From Bacilli bacterium (GTDB lineage: Bacteria > Bacillota_I > Bacilli_A > RFN20 > CAG-826), in the NCBI GenBank assembly GCA_022641095.1, contig JALCDB010000001.1, positions 238,802-302,801 of the forward strand: a stretch of 64,000 nt of DNA, given 5' to 3'. This document shows positions 1 through 9,503 of the stretch, piece after piece (the first letter of the stretch is position 1; the number at the start of each line of letters is the position of its first letter). Position numbers and translations under genes: made by a program. Below the pieces are notes generated by a model, which saw only the letters and a program-made list of their open reading frames with translations, made no database searches and was not told the DNA's origin.

Positions 1-320
1 AATTTGCTTCGGCTCAGCGGGGTCAGCAGGGATTTCGCTTCCGCGGGCCGCGCGCCTTCTTTGGCGAGGAAGGTCATGGATTGGCCGTCCGGAACGCCGA
101 AAGGAGTCGCGATCACGAACGCTCCGATCGCAACGATGATGACGCCGACGATCAGCCCAAAAGAGATGCCGGGGAAAGCGCTGTGCTCGGAAGGAAGCGC
201 GGACGTGAGGGCGAATTCCGTCAAAGCGATCGCGGTCATCGCCTGAGACAGACTCACGATCTTCGCGTCACGGAAGAAAATCCCCCGTCCCCGCGAGCCA
301 ACGAGCCCGTATATCGCCAC
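1..320 (-). CDS. membrane protein, N-terminal part (gene runs off the left window edge)
   Basis: The minus frame is open from GTG at 320-318 (GAGG 5 nt upstream) to the window edge. The translation VAIYGLVGSRGRGIFF...ISFGLIVGVIIVAIGAFVIATPF is TM-like. It is absent from the ORF track because it is truncated. Confidence 0.4.
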   Translation of the reverse strand, partial: MAIYGLVGSRGRGIFFRDAKIVSLSQAMTAIALTEFALTSALPSEHSAFPGISFGLIVGVIIVAIGAFVIATPFGVPDGQSMTFLAKEGARPAEAKSLLTPLSRSK

Positions 321-322
321 CC

Positions 323-691
323 CTACCTCGACGAAGGAAACCAAAGCCACGGAATCGCACCGTTAAGATCGTATTGGCTCGTCCTTGGGAAAAAAGAGGA
401 GGCCGCCATGAAAGCGGAATACTGAATGCCGGCGAGGGACAGAAACGACCCGACCAAAGCGTTTTGAAAACGGAGGCTCTTCCCCCCTCCCATCATCCCG
501 ATAAAACACTGCGTCTTCGAGGCGATTACCAAAAGGTTGAAAACGGCGGAGACGACGAGGATGGCCCCGAAAAAAGGAGCCAAGGCCAACTTGCCGACGG
601 CGAAGGCCAAGTTGAAGGCAATGACGAAACGCAACGACCACGACTGCCGTTTCTCATAGGGCAATTTTCTGTATTCGTCAATGATGTTCAT
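323..691 (-). CDS. small integral membrane protein, unknown family
   Basis: 122-aa ORF with about 3 hydrophobic helices (FVIAFNLAFAVGKLALAPFFGAILVVSAVFNLLVIA). Codon and GC style match the core genes. Confidence 0.5.
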   Translation of the reverse strand: MNIIDEYRKLPYEKRQSWSLRFVIAFNLAFAVGKLALAPFFGAILVVSAVFNLLVIASKTQCFIGMMGGGKSLRFQNALVGSFLSLAGIQYSAFMAASSFFPRTSQYDLNGAIPWLWFPSSR

Positions 692-705
692 AGGCTCTTT
701 AAAAA

Positions 706-2270
706 TCAGAACAAAGGAGCGAAAAACTGAAGAAGGGCTTTCTCAACCCTCTCTTTGGGCCGACTCCGAATCGTCTTGGGGCTCATCTCGATGCTTTTGG
801 CCATCGTTTCTTTGAAATCCTTTTGCATCGCGGCGACGACGGGAGACTTATATAGGTAGACGCCATCCTCGAAATGATGGGCCAGGCTGCGGTAATCGAG
901 GTTGATCGTCCCGACCATCGCGATATCCTCGTCGACCATGAACGCTTTGGCATGGACGAAGCCCGGACGGTACTCGTATATTCTAACGCCGCTGGCGATC
1001 AGCCTCTCCGCATAATTCCGCGTCAGGACGAAAACCATTTTCCTATCCGGAACATAAGGGATGATGATGATGCGAACGTCAACTCCCCGGAGCGCCGCGT
1101 TCTCAAGGGATGAAGAAAGCGCGTCGTCGATGATGATGTAGGGAGTCATGATGTCTATTCTTTTCTGGGCTTGGCGAACATGTTGATCAGCAAGGTTCTG
1201 GTGATTTCATGCCGATAGATGGGCCTCGGGCCGTCGCCGAAGGGGACGACCACCCCTTGGTCGGGCTTTGAGGCAAACGAAACGTCCTTCCAAAACCTCG
1301 ACATGCCCTCGCACGGCTCTTTCCGGCTCATGAAATAGTCAGATAGGAAAAGCCTCGTCATCTCGCCCACCGCGCTTCCTTCGAGACGGACGCCGACATC
1401 CTTCCAGTGTCCGTATTTCCTGATCGCGTTGATGTACTCGTCCGCCAAATTGATGCCGCCGGTGAACCCGACCTTCCCGTCGATCACCATGATTTTGCGA
1501 TGGCTTCGGTTGTTCATGGAATTGTCGGCCCCGCCCCGAAGTTTGGCGAAGGGGACGCATCGGATCCCCGTTTTTTCCATGATCCGATAGTAATTCGGCG
1601 GCAGGCTCATCAGCGAGCCGATGTCGTCGTAGACCAAACGGACGTCAACCCCTTGGGCAACCTTCTGAATGAGAATGTCGAGAATCGAGTTCCAAAAAAT
1701 GCGTTTCTCGATGATGAAGGACTCGATGAAAACGAACTTCTCGGCGCGCATCAGGTCATCCTTCATCGCCTCGAACATCATCTCGCCAAGGGGATAGTAG
1801 CTCACGGCGGTGCCTTCGTAAGCGTGGGCTCCCCCAAGCTCGCCAAGGATCCTGATCTGCCCATAGGCCGCAAGGCTTTGCCCCTTGAGGACGGCAAGCG
1901 TCCGTCCGTCCTCATAAACGATGCCCTCTTTTTCGATCTCGACGATCCTCTTCCGCTCGCGTCGCCCAAGTTTGCGCGAATAGAAGATGAAATACAGCAT
2001 CAGGCCGAAGACGGGCAAAGACAAAACGACGATGATCCAAGGGATCTTGTAATCCGGGTTGTCCTTTAGATTGACGATATAGATGACGCTGACGACGGGA
2101 AGCTCATCTACCACGCGATCTTCTTCGGAAGCGGGCTCCAGAACATATCGAAATACTGGCTTGACGGCGGATGCAAAGAAACCCCGGCCGAGATGGCGGG
2201 GATCGTGAATAAAGAATGCAAGCCGTGACGTCGCTTGCGGGGCCCTTCCTTTCGGAATGTGCCTCGACAA
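706..2270 (-). pseudogene. cls: cardiolipin synthase (two-HKD phospholipase D family), interrupted by a 1-nt frameshift near 1150-1185
   Basis: The 371-aa ORF carries HKD motif 1 (HRKIMVIDGKVGFTGGINLADEY). The 147-aa ORF carries HKD motif 2 (FVHAKAFMVDEDIAMVGTINLDYRS). The +1 frame across the junction reads ...AQKRIDIMTPYIIIDD, the conserved Cls segment that joins the halves. Confidence 0.8.
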
Positions 2271-2277
2271 GAGAATA

Positions 2278-2805
2278 TTAATCCGCGCGATACACGGTGA
2301 AGGCTATGGAAACGGCGACGTGCGTTTTCGCTTCCTTTATTAAAGGCGCTTTCAAGGAAAGGCGATTTTCATCGATCGTTCGCTGAGTCATCTCGATTAT
2401 CCGCTTGTATGAGCGGCTCGCGATATCGCCAAGCGACCTCAAGCCGGATTCGTAATACAAGCCAGCCCTGACGCTTTTCACCCCCGGCAAGAGGAACAAC
2501 TCCCGATACGAGGACAGCCTCTCGCCGTTTAAGCCCAAGGCGGCAAGTTCCTTGAACTTCCGCTCATCGACGTCATACAAAGAAAGAAAACGCCTGAACA
2601 GACGAACTTCGCTTGGGCTTAGGCAGCCTAATCGCGACAAAACGCCCTCAGACAATTTAAGGCAATCGTTTTTCGTGAGGCAGCCCATTGAGGAAAGGCA
2701 AGCCATCAGGCGCTTCTTTTTCGATATAAGAGAAAAGTAACGCCCCAAAACGCAGTCTTCGTTAAGCAACTCATCCAGGGCTTCGATTCGATAGTTGATT
2801 ATCAT
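2278..2805 (-). CDS. hypothetical protein with helix-hairpin-helix-like repeats (DUF4332-like guess)
   Basis: 175-aa ORF with HhH-like segments LPGVKSVRAGLYYESGLRSLGDIA and LSPSEVRLFRRFLSL. No stronger match was recognised. Confidence 0.5.
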   Translation of the reverse strand: MIINYRIEALDELLNEDCVLGRYFSLISKKKRLMACLSSMGCLTKNDCLKLSEGVLSRLGCLSPSEVRLFRRFLSLYDVDERKFKELAALGLNGERLSSYRELFLLPGVKSVRAGLYYESGLRSLGDIASRSYKRIIEMTQRTIDENRLSLKAPLIKEAKTHVAVSIAFTVYRAD

Positions 2806-2968
2806 AGGAACTCATCCGGGGGCCTTAGCTCAACGGGAGCCTCGCCTTTGAATTCATTTTACAGCATGGCGGGACCCCTTTTCCCATGCTTTCTCTTGCC
2901 GGTTTGCCATCGGCGCGCCGCGAAGCCGACCATGCTCGTAAAAGGGTAAACAGAACCGTCGAGGGCCT

Positions 2969-4030
2969 TCAGGCAGGGTTTCTTTCATTTTTCTTGAAAC
3001 AACGGGAGTTCATGAGGAAAGCCAGCGCTCCCATGAGCAAGGCCATCAGGATAGGCCAGCCCACCACCTCAAGAACCCCCGTTGAGCGAAAACCGTCGCA
3101 GGCCAAGAAACCATAGAGGGGAAAGTGAATCAGGTACCCTTGTTTCAGGCTCGTTGAAAGATTCTGGGAATAATAGCCAAAAGAAGGGAAAAGGGATAAG
3201 GCCGCCCCAAGGGCGAGGGTAAGGAAATAGCGTTGGGATTTGGGCAGAAACGCGACCAACACGTCAAAGGCAAAGAAAGGCGACAGGACGATAATCATGA
3301 TAAGCCACCGCTCAAAATAGACGAGGGCAACGCTCGTCAAGTGAAAGGATCCGTCGAAGACCGCCATCGGCTCCCCATCGATGAAGACCAAGCCAACCAA
3401 AAAGAAGAAGAAGGTCGCGCCCAAGCAACTAAGGGCCGAGAAAACGAGTTTGCCCCGAAAAAGCGAGTTGGGGTCCACCCCCATCGAACGGTAGTTTTTC
3501 TCAAAGCCAGATGAGCGATCTTCGATAAAGACCCGATGAACGTTAACGGCGAAAAGGACGGGGATCGCCATGAAAGCCAAATTCTGGAAGAAGAAAAGAC
3601 GGGAAGCGGCCAAATGCGGGTCGTTTCCATACCCCGATTGGGGGTCAAGCGGATAGCCGCTGAGGGAAAAACCCGAATAGAAATCGATTCTTTTGACGGA
3701 AAGGACGAAAGTGAAATAGAGATAACGACGCCATTGCTCCGCGGCATCCAAAGGAAAGGACACCGACCCCTCCGGCCATTGGGCCTTCCCGATCGCGATT
3801 TCGTAATAAAGAAGGGCATTGGACTGAAGATCCAGATAATGAGCCTCCGTTTCGTCGGTCCAGGCGGTCGAGCCAAAAACCCCGCTGGCCCCCGCACCCA
3901 TATAGATGAAACAAGCCACCAGCGGAATGGCTACCATGAAAAGCAAAAGGACAAGAAGGGAGATCGTCCTTTGCCAATCGTGGATGAGTTTTTCCCATTC
4001 GTAGCGGAAGCCCCTGGCGATGCCGCTCAT
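2969..4030 (-). CDS. ABC-2-type transporter permease (multi-TM)
   Basis: 353-aa polytopic membrane ORF. Its start overlaps the stop of the upstream permease (4027-4030), and it lies in an operon with the ATPase at 5028-5726. Confidence 0.6.
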   Translation of the reverse strand: MSGIARGFRYEWEKLIHDWQRTISLLVLLLFMVAIPLVACFIYMGAGASGVFGSTAWTDETEAHYLDLQSNALLYYEIAIGKAQWPEGSVSFPLDAAEQWRRYLYFTFVLSVKRIDFYSGFSLSGYPLDPQSGYGNDPHLAASRLFFFQNLAFMAIPVLFAVNVHRVFIEDRSSGFEKNYRSMGVDPNSLFRGKLVFSALSCLGATFFFFLVGLVFIDGEPMAVFDGSFHLTSVALVYFERWLIMIIVLSPFFAFDVLVAFLPKSQRYFLTLALGAALSLFPSFGYYSQNLSTSLKQGYLIHFPLYGFLACDGFRSTGVLEVVGWPILMALLMGALAFLMNSRCFKKNERNPA

Positions 4031-5031
4031 AAGGCCATCCGCCTAACGCGCCTTAAAGAAGCGCAAACCAATAGACCCACAATAACGGCATATACGGCAA
4101 AAAGAACCCATATCTCACTCAGCAATCCAAAAGAGGGGGCCACCACGATGTCGCTGAAAGGCATGCACAGGAGAAGCCAGCCCCCGATCCCGCTCAATTG
4201 CCCATAGTCTCCGAAAGAAGGGGCGCTCGTGTTGCTTAAGAGAAAAAAGAGGATCAGCGAAAGCGAAGGCAGAGCAAACGCGGCCGCCTCCATCCGCAAA
4301 CATAAGCCCAAAAGCGAGGAAAGCGCGAAAAAGAAGCAACCAGATATCGTCATTCCGATGATTCGCGAGAAAACCGCCGACCAAACAGGCACATAGACAT
4401 AGGAGTCGCGATAGGCCAAAAGGATCCTCTCGCCAAGGAACGGCCCGGCGAGCGAAAGCCCAACCACGCTTACGACGATCCATAAGGAAAAGAGCCAAAA
4501 AAGCCCAAATGCGGCCTTTCCCCAAAGCAAAGACGCCCGGTCGCATCCCGACTCCACCATCGGGCGGATCCTCCCCTTATGAGCGGGCGCGGCAAAGAGA
4601 TACGATCCTAGCGAGGTCGCCACAACGGCGTTGATGAAGGCGCCGCCTTCAAGGATAGATAAGCCTGAGGAAAGGGAAAGCATCCCCTCCCTGGCGAGGA
4701 AAAGATCGGCATAGGGGAGACACTCGTATTCCGTGCTTTTGGTTGAGAGGAAGAACGAAAGCAGGCGAAGCGGACCCGCGGCATCCGCCACCGACATTTC
4801 CCCGGAGTCGACCGCGGACTGGATCGCGTCGTATCTAGTCCGATATTCCCCCAGCACCGATTCGAGGCTCATTCCCTCGGAATATCCCAATCCGCCTATT
4901 CTCTCACGGCTGAGGATAGGCGAAAAAGCCAATAAGAGAAGAGCCATGGCCACAAGCAAGCCAATGAGCAAAAACGCCCACTTCCGCTTCTTGAGAAGCT
5001 CAAACTCATACCGAAACACCCTCATTGTCAT
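4027..5031 (-). CDS. ABC-2-type transporter permease (multi-TM)
   Basis: 334-aa polytopic membrane ORF. It has 4-nt overlaps with both neighbours, which suggests translational coupling. Confidence 0.6.
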   Translation of the reverse strand: MTMRVFRYEFELLKKRKWAFLLIGLLVAMALLLLAFSPILSRERIGGLGYSEGMSLESVLGEYRTRYDAIQSAVDSGEMSVADAAGPLRLLSFFLSTKSTEYECLPYADLFLAREGMLSLSSGLSILEGGAFINAVVATSLGSYLFAAPAHKGRIRPMVESGCDRASLLWGKAAFGLFWLFSLWIVVSVVGLSLAGPFLGERILLAYRDSYVYVPVWSAVFSRIIGMTISGCFFFALSSLLGLCLRMEAAAFALPSLSLILFFLLSNTSAPSFGDYGQLSGIGGWLLLCMPFSDIVVAPSFGLLSEIWVLFAVYAVIVGLLVCASLRRVRRMAL

Positions 5032-5726
5032 TGGACGAAACCGCTTCTGGACACCCGGGCCAAGAATTCCGCGAACACGTCGATTCTATGAGCGTCGTCG
5101 TTCTCGTATATGAGTTTCCCATGGTCAAGGAAAACGGCCTTGTCCACGATGGCTTGAAGTTCTCTGATCTCGTGGCTCGAGATGATGACGATCGCCCCGT
5201 TCGCGGCGAATTCCTGAATAAGTCCCTCAAAGGAAGCCAAGGCAATCGGATCGATTCCGTTGAAGGGTTCGTCCAAAAGAAGGATTTTTGGCCTCCTCAT
5301 GATAGCGAAGGCGAAATAGAGTCTCTGCTTCATGCCCAAAGAATAGGAACGAACGGTTTCCCTCTCGCGAGGGCATAGGCCGACCGCCTTGATCGCCCGC
5401 ATAACATCCTCGTCTTCGCAATCGCCCGAAAGACGAGCCAATAGACGGAGGTTCTCATATCCGCTGATCCCAGGGTAAAAACGCGGTTCCTCGATCATGG
5501 CCCCCACGATCGGGAAGCTTTTCTCCGCCAAATCGACCCCATCATAGGAAACGCTTCCGGAATCGGGGAGCTCCAGTCGCGAGATGATTTTCAAAAGAGT
5601 GCTTTTCCCAGCCCCATTGGCTCCGAAAAGACCGCAAACCGACCCGGCCTTCACGTCAAAGCCAACATCAACCAAGGCTGGTTTCCTATAAGATTTCGAC
5701 AACTTTTTTATGGAAAGTGAACTCAC
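5028..5726 (-). CDS. ABC transporter ATP-binding protein (ABC-2/exporter type)
   Basis: Walker A GANGAGKST, signature SLGMKQRL and Walker B ILLLDEPFNGIDP are all present. Confidence 0.9.
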   Translation of the reverse strand: MSSLSIKKLSKSYRKPALVDVGFDVKAGSVCGLFGANGAGKSTLLKIISRLELPDSGSVSYDGVDLAEKSFPIVGAMIEEPRFYPGISGYENLRLLARLSGDCEDEDVMRAIKAVGLCPRERETVRSYSLGMKQRLYFAFAIMRRPKILLLDEPFNGIDPIALASFEGLIQEFAANGAIVIISSHEIRELQAIVDKAVFLDHGKLIYENDDAHRIDVFAEFLARVSRSGFVQ

Positions 5727-6475
5727 AAATCCGTTGTCCTAAAACAATATATGCCAATATTATGATAGTAATGATGCTTTTGCCAAATCCAAAAGCCGGT
5801 ATCGTAGTTGTCGATCTCCATCAAGGTGGCAACCTGAACCACAAGTCCAGGCTCAAAGGAATACTCCAAGTGACTATTGTTTTGAAAATCCTCAAGATCA
5901 ACGCAAAAATCCCAGCCATTATCAAACGAAACCGATCCGCCGACCGGAGCGGTGGATCGGAAAAGAGCAACGCCTTTCTTAATGGTCCTATAGGAACCGT
6001 TTGTATCTCTAAATGTGAAGGAAGGATTCACTTCTCCCAAAGTCCGGCTATCATTGCAAATTTTGCATCTTGTCGGCAACTTCTCCGAAAAATCAAAACG
6101 AAACGATGCGCGCCCGTTACTGCAAACTGACGATATTGCATTGATGGAGTCAACTGGGTTCAAAGAAGTCGTTATGCCCGTGCAATCAACCGCTGAGGCA
6201 ATATATTGAGCTTCGTTCACATAAGTGCCGTATATCATTCCATCACTGTATTCGGCCTGCGTCTCTTCACGACTAGGATCGCTTGCATTAAACTGTGGGG
6301 CGATGTCAAATCCGTATTCCTCAGTTGCATTGATGAGGAGAGGATTGTGTGAAAACCACATCAAGGTTGGGTTAGAAGCCTCCTTCTTCCGCTGGCTCGA
6401 AAAGGAACCATCGTTCTTTACCGGGCTTTTTTTCAGAATACAATTTAAGCAACTTGAACAAACAAAGACCGACAA
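5723..6475 (-). CDS. Cys-containing secreted protein or lipoprotein, first gene of the ABC-2 operon; true start uncertain
   Basis: 250-aa ORF starting at TTG. The in-frame upstream codons read (G)KKFKDIVTIAFLSVFVCSSC, a lipoprotein signal peptide. The only ATG (6513-6511) is out of frame by one base across an A7 run. Confidence 0.6.
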   Translation of the reverse strand: MSVFVCSSCLNCILKKSPVKNDGSFSSQRKKEASNPTLMWFSHNPLLINATEEYGFDIAPQFNASDPSREETQAEYSDGMIYGTYVNEAQYIASAVDCTGITTSLNPVDSINAISSVCSNGRASFRFDFSEKLPTRCKICNDSRTLGEVNPSFTFRDTNGSYRTIKKGVALFRSTAPVGGSVSFDNGWDFCVDLEDFQNNSHLEYSFEPGLVVQVATLMEIDNYDTGFWIWQKHHYYHNIGIYCFRTTDL

Positions 6476-6813
6476 AAACGCGATTGTGACAATGTCCTTG
6501 AATTTTTTTCCATAACTGGCCCCCCTATTTTTTAATTAGTATGAACCTAATTGATAAAAAGCGCTAATTTGATCAGAAACCATAAGTGCTTGTTCATACG
6601 ATAACTCGCTCCAGAATGTCCAGTTATTGTTGATTAAAAGTGAAATTCCTCCCAAAATTCAGTTTTTCCGATTCGGGAGCAAAATACTCAAGAGTACTAA
6701 TTGCAGTTTACGCGAAAAAACTGGATATTCAAAAATCAATGCATTGCATATTAACGCATGAATCGCAACAGCGAAACAAAAAATGAAATAAAGAAAACCC
6801 GCCTAGGACAACG

Positions 6814-7431
6814 CTATTTGCCCAAGATGCCGACAACGGCTTCCTCCGCCAACGAATCCATGACTGGCAACTCGCTTTTAGCGATCTTCCTTTGAACGGA
6901 AAAATGGCTGGCTTGCTCGATGATGCCATAGCATAATCTCACCTTTTCAAGAAGATTCTCCTGCGGAAAGGCGCCCCGCTTCAAAGAATCGCACAACTTC
7001 GCTATCACCGAATCCTCAAAATCGTCGAACAACGCATGGATATCCTCCTCAAGCAGCGACAAGGCCACGAATTCGTTATGCGCTTCGCGGTTTTCCGTTT
7101 GCGATTCAGCGGATATCTTAAGGAACCGCCTTACCAGCGAAGGCAAACTCCTAGGAGTCACGGGAGAGACCAATAAAGGCTCAAATCGCTTTTCCAATGA
7201 CGAAATGTAGTATTTGACGACATCCAGAAGAATCTGCTTTTTGTCCTGGTAATAACTGTACACGATGCCGGTCGAAATCCCGGCTTCCTTAGCGATTTCG
7301 GCCGTATTCGTCCGGTAATACCCCTTGCTGGAAAAAAGACGGTAACTCGTTGCGACGATCTTTTGCTTTTTCGCGATCGACCGGGCCTGCTTTGGGACCC
7401 TGACCGCTTTATGCTCACCGATGTTTTTCAT
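6814..7431 (-). CDS. TetR/AcrR family transcriptional regulator
   Basis: N-terminal HTH: ARSIAKKQKIVATSYRLFSSKGYYRTNTAEIAKEAGISTGIVYSYYQDK. I chose the ATG at 7431; the ORF is open up to a TTG at 7476. Confidence 0.85.
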   Translation of the reverse strand: MKNIGEHKAVRVPKQARSIAKKQKIVATSYRLFSSKGYYRTNTAEIAKEAGISTGIVYSYYQDKKQILLDVVKYYISSLEKRFEPLLVSPVTPRSLPSLVRRFLKISAESQTENREAHNEFVALSLLEEDIHALFDDFEDSVIAKLCDSLKRGAFPQENLLEKVRLCYGIIEQASHFSVQRKIAKSELPVMDSLAEEAVVGILGK

Positions 7432-7482
7432 GACGCTTGCTTTATCGATTTTAGGATGTCGCGCCTTCAAAAGCAATGAAAC

Positions 7483-7503
7483 ATGAAATATATTTCACAT
7501 TAT
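7483..7503. promoter_or_regulatory. candidate TetR operator 1 (palindrome TGAAATATATTTCA followed by CATTAT)
   Basis: A perfect 14-bp palindrome at 7484-7497 lies immediately upstream of the tetR gene. The 21-bp unit is repeated at 7540-7560. Confidence 0.5.
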
Positions 7504-7539
7504 TTTGACAAGGCGATTTCGCTTCGATATCGTATGAAC

Positions 7540-7560
7540 GTGAAATAAGTTTCACATTAT
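7540..7560. promoter_or_regulatory. candidate TetR operator 2 (TGAAATAAGTTTCA followed by CATTAT)
   Basis: Second copy of the 21-bp unit with a TGAAA-n4-TTTCA inverted repeat. It sits between a TTGACA box (7505-7510) and a GGAGG + ATG at 7573. Confidence 0.5.
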
Positions 7561-7619
7561 GGAGGTCGCAACATGAACGAAGCGAAAGACAGACGCTTGG
7601 CCAAGCATTATTCGTTTTA

Positions 7620-7953
7620 TCTTATTTTCATGGCCATCTTGTGGCATCTCGCGATCCCGATCACCAGCAGGCACGCCTCGTAGGCATAGCCGTTGCCCCG
7701 ATAGGGCTCATCGATTTCGTATCCGATGTTGCCGTCGTAGTGGGAATGGAAATTCCGCCCGATCCTCACGCTGATTCCACCGGTCTCCCTGTCCGTGCCG
7801 TGCAGAAGGATCGAGAACCAATAATAACGGGATCTCCACGTCGTTGCCCCGCTCCTTCAGGATGATCCCTAGATCCAGTCTTTTCCTTTGGACAAAATCG
7901 AATCCGTCGTTGAAGCGAAACGTCAAACCCTCACTTCCGTAAACCGCAGCCAT
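7620..7953 (-). pseudogene. GNAT-family N-acetyltransferase remnant (frameshifted, C-terminally truncated)
   Basis: One minus frame gives MAAVYGSEGLTFRFNDGFDFVQRKRLDLGIILKERG. A second minus frame gives ...GRNFHSHYDGNIGYEIDEPYRGNGYAYEACLLVIGIA, the acetyl-CoA-binding core motif, and then stops. Confidence 0.4.
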
Positions 7954-8106
7954 CCATCGGCTTAAAATATATTATATCGCGTTTCCCCTCCATCCGAAAA
8001 AGCCAGGGGCTTTGGCGGCCTGCCGCGCCTTGTCGCATCTATACGGCTTTCCTGAACTCCGGATGGGGAGGATGGGGGCTAGCTAGCGCCGCTTTGGCAC
8101 GAACGG

Positions 8107-8586
8107 CTAATCCCAGTAGACTTCCTTCACCTCGTCAAAGAGGGCCCTCACTTCCGGGGTGGGCTCCTCGTAGGCCCTGATGAAGTCCGTTATGGCTTCC
8201 TCCGGCACCCACTTGTCCTTGATCCGCCGTTTGTTCCTTCGGTAACAAATCGAATAGTCGTGAAACCTGATCATATAAAGGACCGAACGGTCGTAGCCAA
8301 CGAGTCGCTCCATATAGTATTTCCGGCGGTAGTTATCCGTGAAAGTGCTGTCCTCGATGAGGGTGCACTCGCCCTTTTGGGAGGCGAGGAAGGCATTGCC
8401 TTCCCGGATCATCTCGTCATAGAGGACGCGACGGTCCTCGGGGAAGAGCCGGTAACTGCCCATAATCTTTTTGCGGACCTCGTCGGTGTCCACGACGAAG
8501 GTGTTCGGGTGCGTTTTGGCATAGGCTTTCGCGAAGGTGCTTTTGCCGCTTCCGGGGACCCCGGCGAGCATGATAAGGGTCTTCAT
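8107..8586 (-). CDS. P-loop kinase-like ATPase (AAA_33 / zeta-toxin-like fold)
   Basis: Walker A: MLAGVPGSGKSTFAKAY. Its ATG overlaps the phnE stop (ATGA at 8583-8586), which suggests translational coupling. Confidence 0.7.
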   Translation of the reverse strand: MKTLIMLAGVPGSGKSTFAKAYAKTHPNTFVVDTDEVRKKIMGSYRLFPEDRRVLYDEMIREGNAFLASQKGECTLIEDSTFTDNYRRKYYMERLVGYDRSVLYMIRFHDYSICYRRNKRRIKDKWVPEEAITDFIRAYEEPTPEVRALFDEVKEVYWD

Positions 8587-9503
8587 ACGAGTTTCTTCCT
8601 CACCCAACTGCTGAAAAGGTCGATCCCGACGACGAGGATCACGACCCCGAGGATGCAGGAGCCCATCATGTGGTAATGGTCGCGCAGGGCCGAGAGGGAG
8701 TAGCCGATCCCGCCTTCGCTAAGGAGGATGACGCCGAGGATCGTCGCGGTCCGGACATTGATGTCGAAACGGTAGAGGGCGACGGATAAGAGGTTCGGCC
8801 GCACCTGCGGCATGACCCCCAAATGCACCCGCTGAAAGGCGTTCCCGCCGCAGGCGCTGATGCTTTCGAGGGGTTCCATGACGATTCCGTCGATCTGGTC
8901 GCCATAGAGCTTCCCGATCATCCCGATCGAATGGATGCCGAGGGCCAAGATGCCCGAAACGGCGCTCAGGCCGGTGAACTTCACGAGGATGATCGCGAAG
9001 ATGAGCTCCGGGAAGGTGCGGATGGAAATGAGGAGGATCTCGGAAATCCAAGCCCACTTGCCGCACAGTTTGCGGGAGGCGAGCAAGCCAAACGGCAAGG
9101 CCAGGAGCGAGGCGATGAGGGTTCCGATGAAAGCCATCGAGAAGGTGACGAAGATCTGGTAGATGACCCCTTCCGTGAATGTGTATGTCCCTATGCCGAA
9201 GAAGTATTCCCAGTCGAGCGTGAAGAGCATCTCGATGTTGCTCCAAGCCGCTCTGGGATTCGAGATATTGACCAGTTGCTTCCACATGCTGAGGTCGTCG
9301 TTCATGTAGATGAGGGCGCATACGAGGGCCGCGACGAATAGAAGCGTGATGACCCAATGGTATGGCTGGTGCCGATAAGCGTCCTCGGGGCTCGAGAAAT
9401 GCTTGAAGTGCTTGGCGGATATCTCCTCCATGAGCATCATGATGAGAAAGGCGAGGATGAGGGCGAGCGAAGAAAGGCTCCAGCCGCTAGTGAAGATGCT
9501 CAT
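8583..9503 (-). CDS. phnE: phosphonate-type (PhnE family) ABC transporter permease
   Basis: 306-aa polytopic ORF, PhnE-like, with an EAA-type loop (ESISACGGNAFQRVHLGVMPQVRPN). It lies in an operon with the PhnC-like ATPase. Confidence 0.8.
   Translation of the reverse strand: MSIFTSGWSLSSLALILAFLIMMLMEEISAKHFKHFSSPEDAYRHQPYHWVITLLFVAALVCALIYMNDDLSMWKQLVNISNPRAAWSNIEMLFTLDWEYFFGIGTYTFTEGVIYQIFVTFSMAFIGTLIASLLALPFGLLASRKLCGKWAWISEILLISIRTFPELIFAIILVKFTGLSAVSGILALGIHSIGMIGKLYGDQIDGIVMEPLESISACGGNAFQRVHLGVMPQVRPNLLSVALYRFDINVRTATILGVILLSEGGIGYSLSALRDHYHMMGSCILGVVILVVGIDLFSSWVRKKLV

Noticed and set aside
1-691. A single frameshifted membrane-protein gene spanning 1-691
   Set aside because: The downstream frame has its own GTG start with a GAGG RBS placed right at the stop of ORF 323-691. 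Two adjacent genes is the more economical reading, though a frameshift cannot be excluded.
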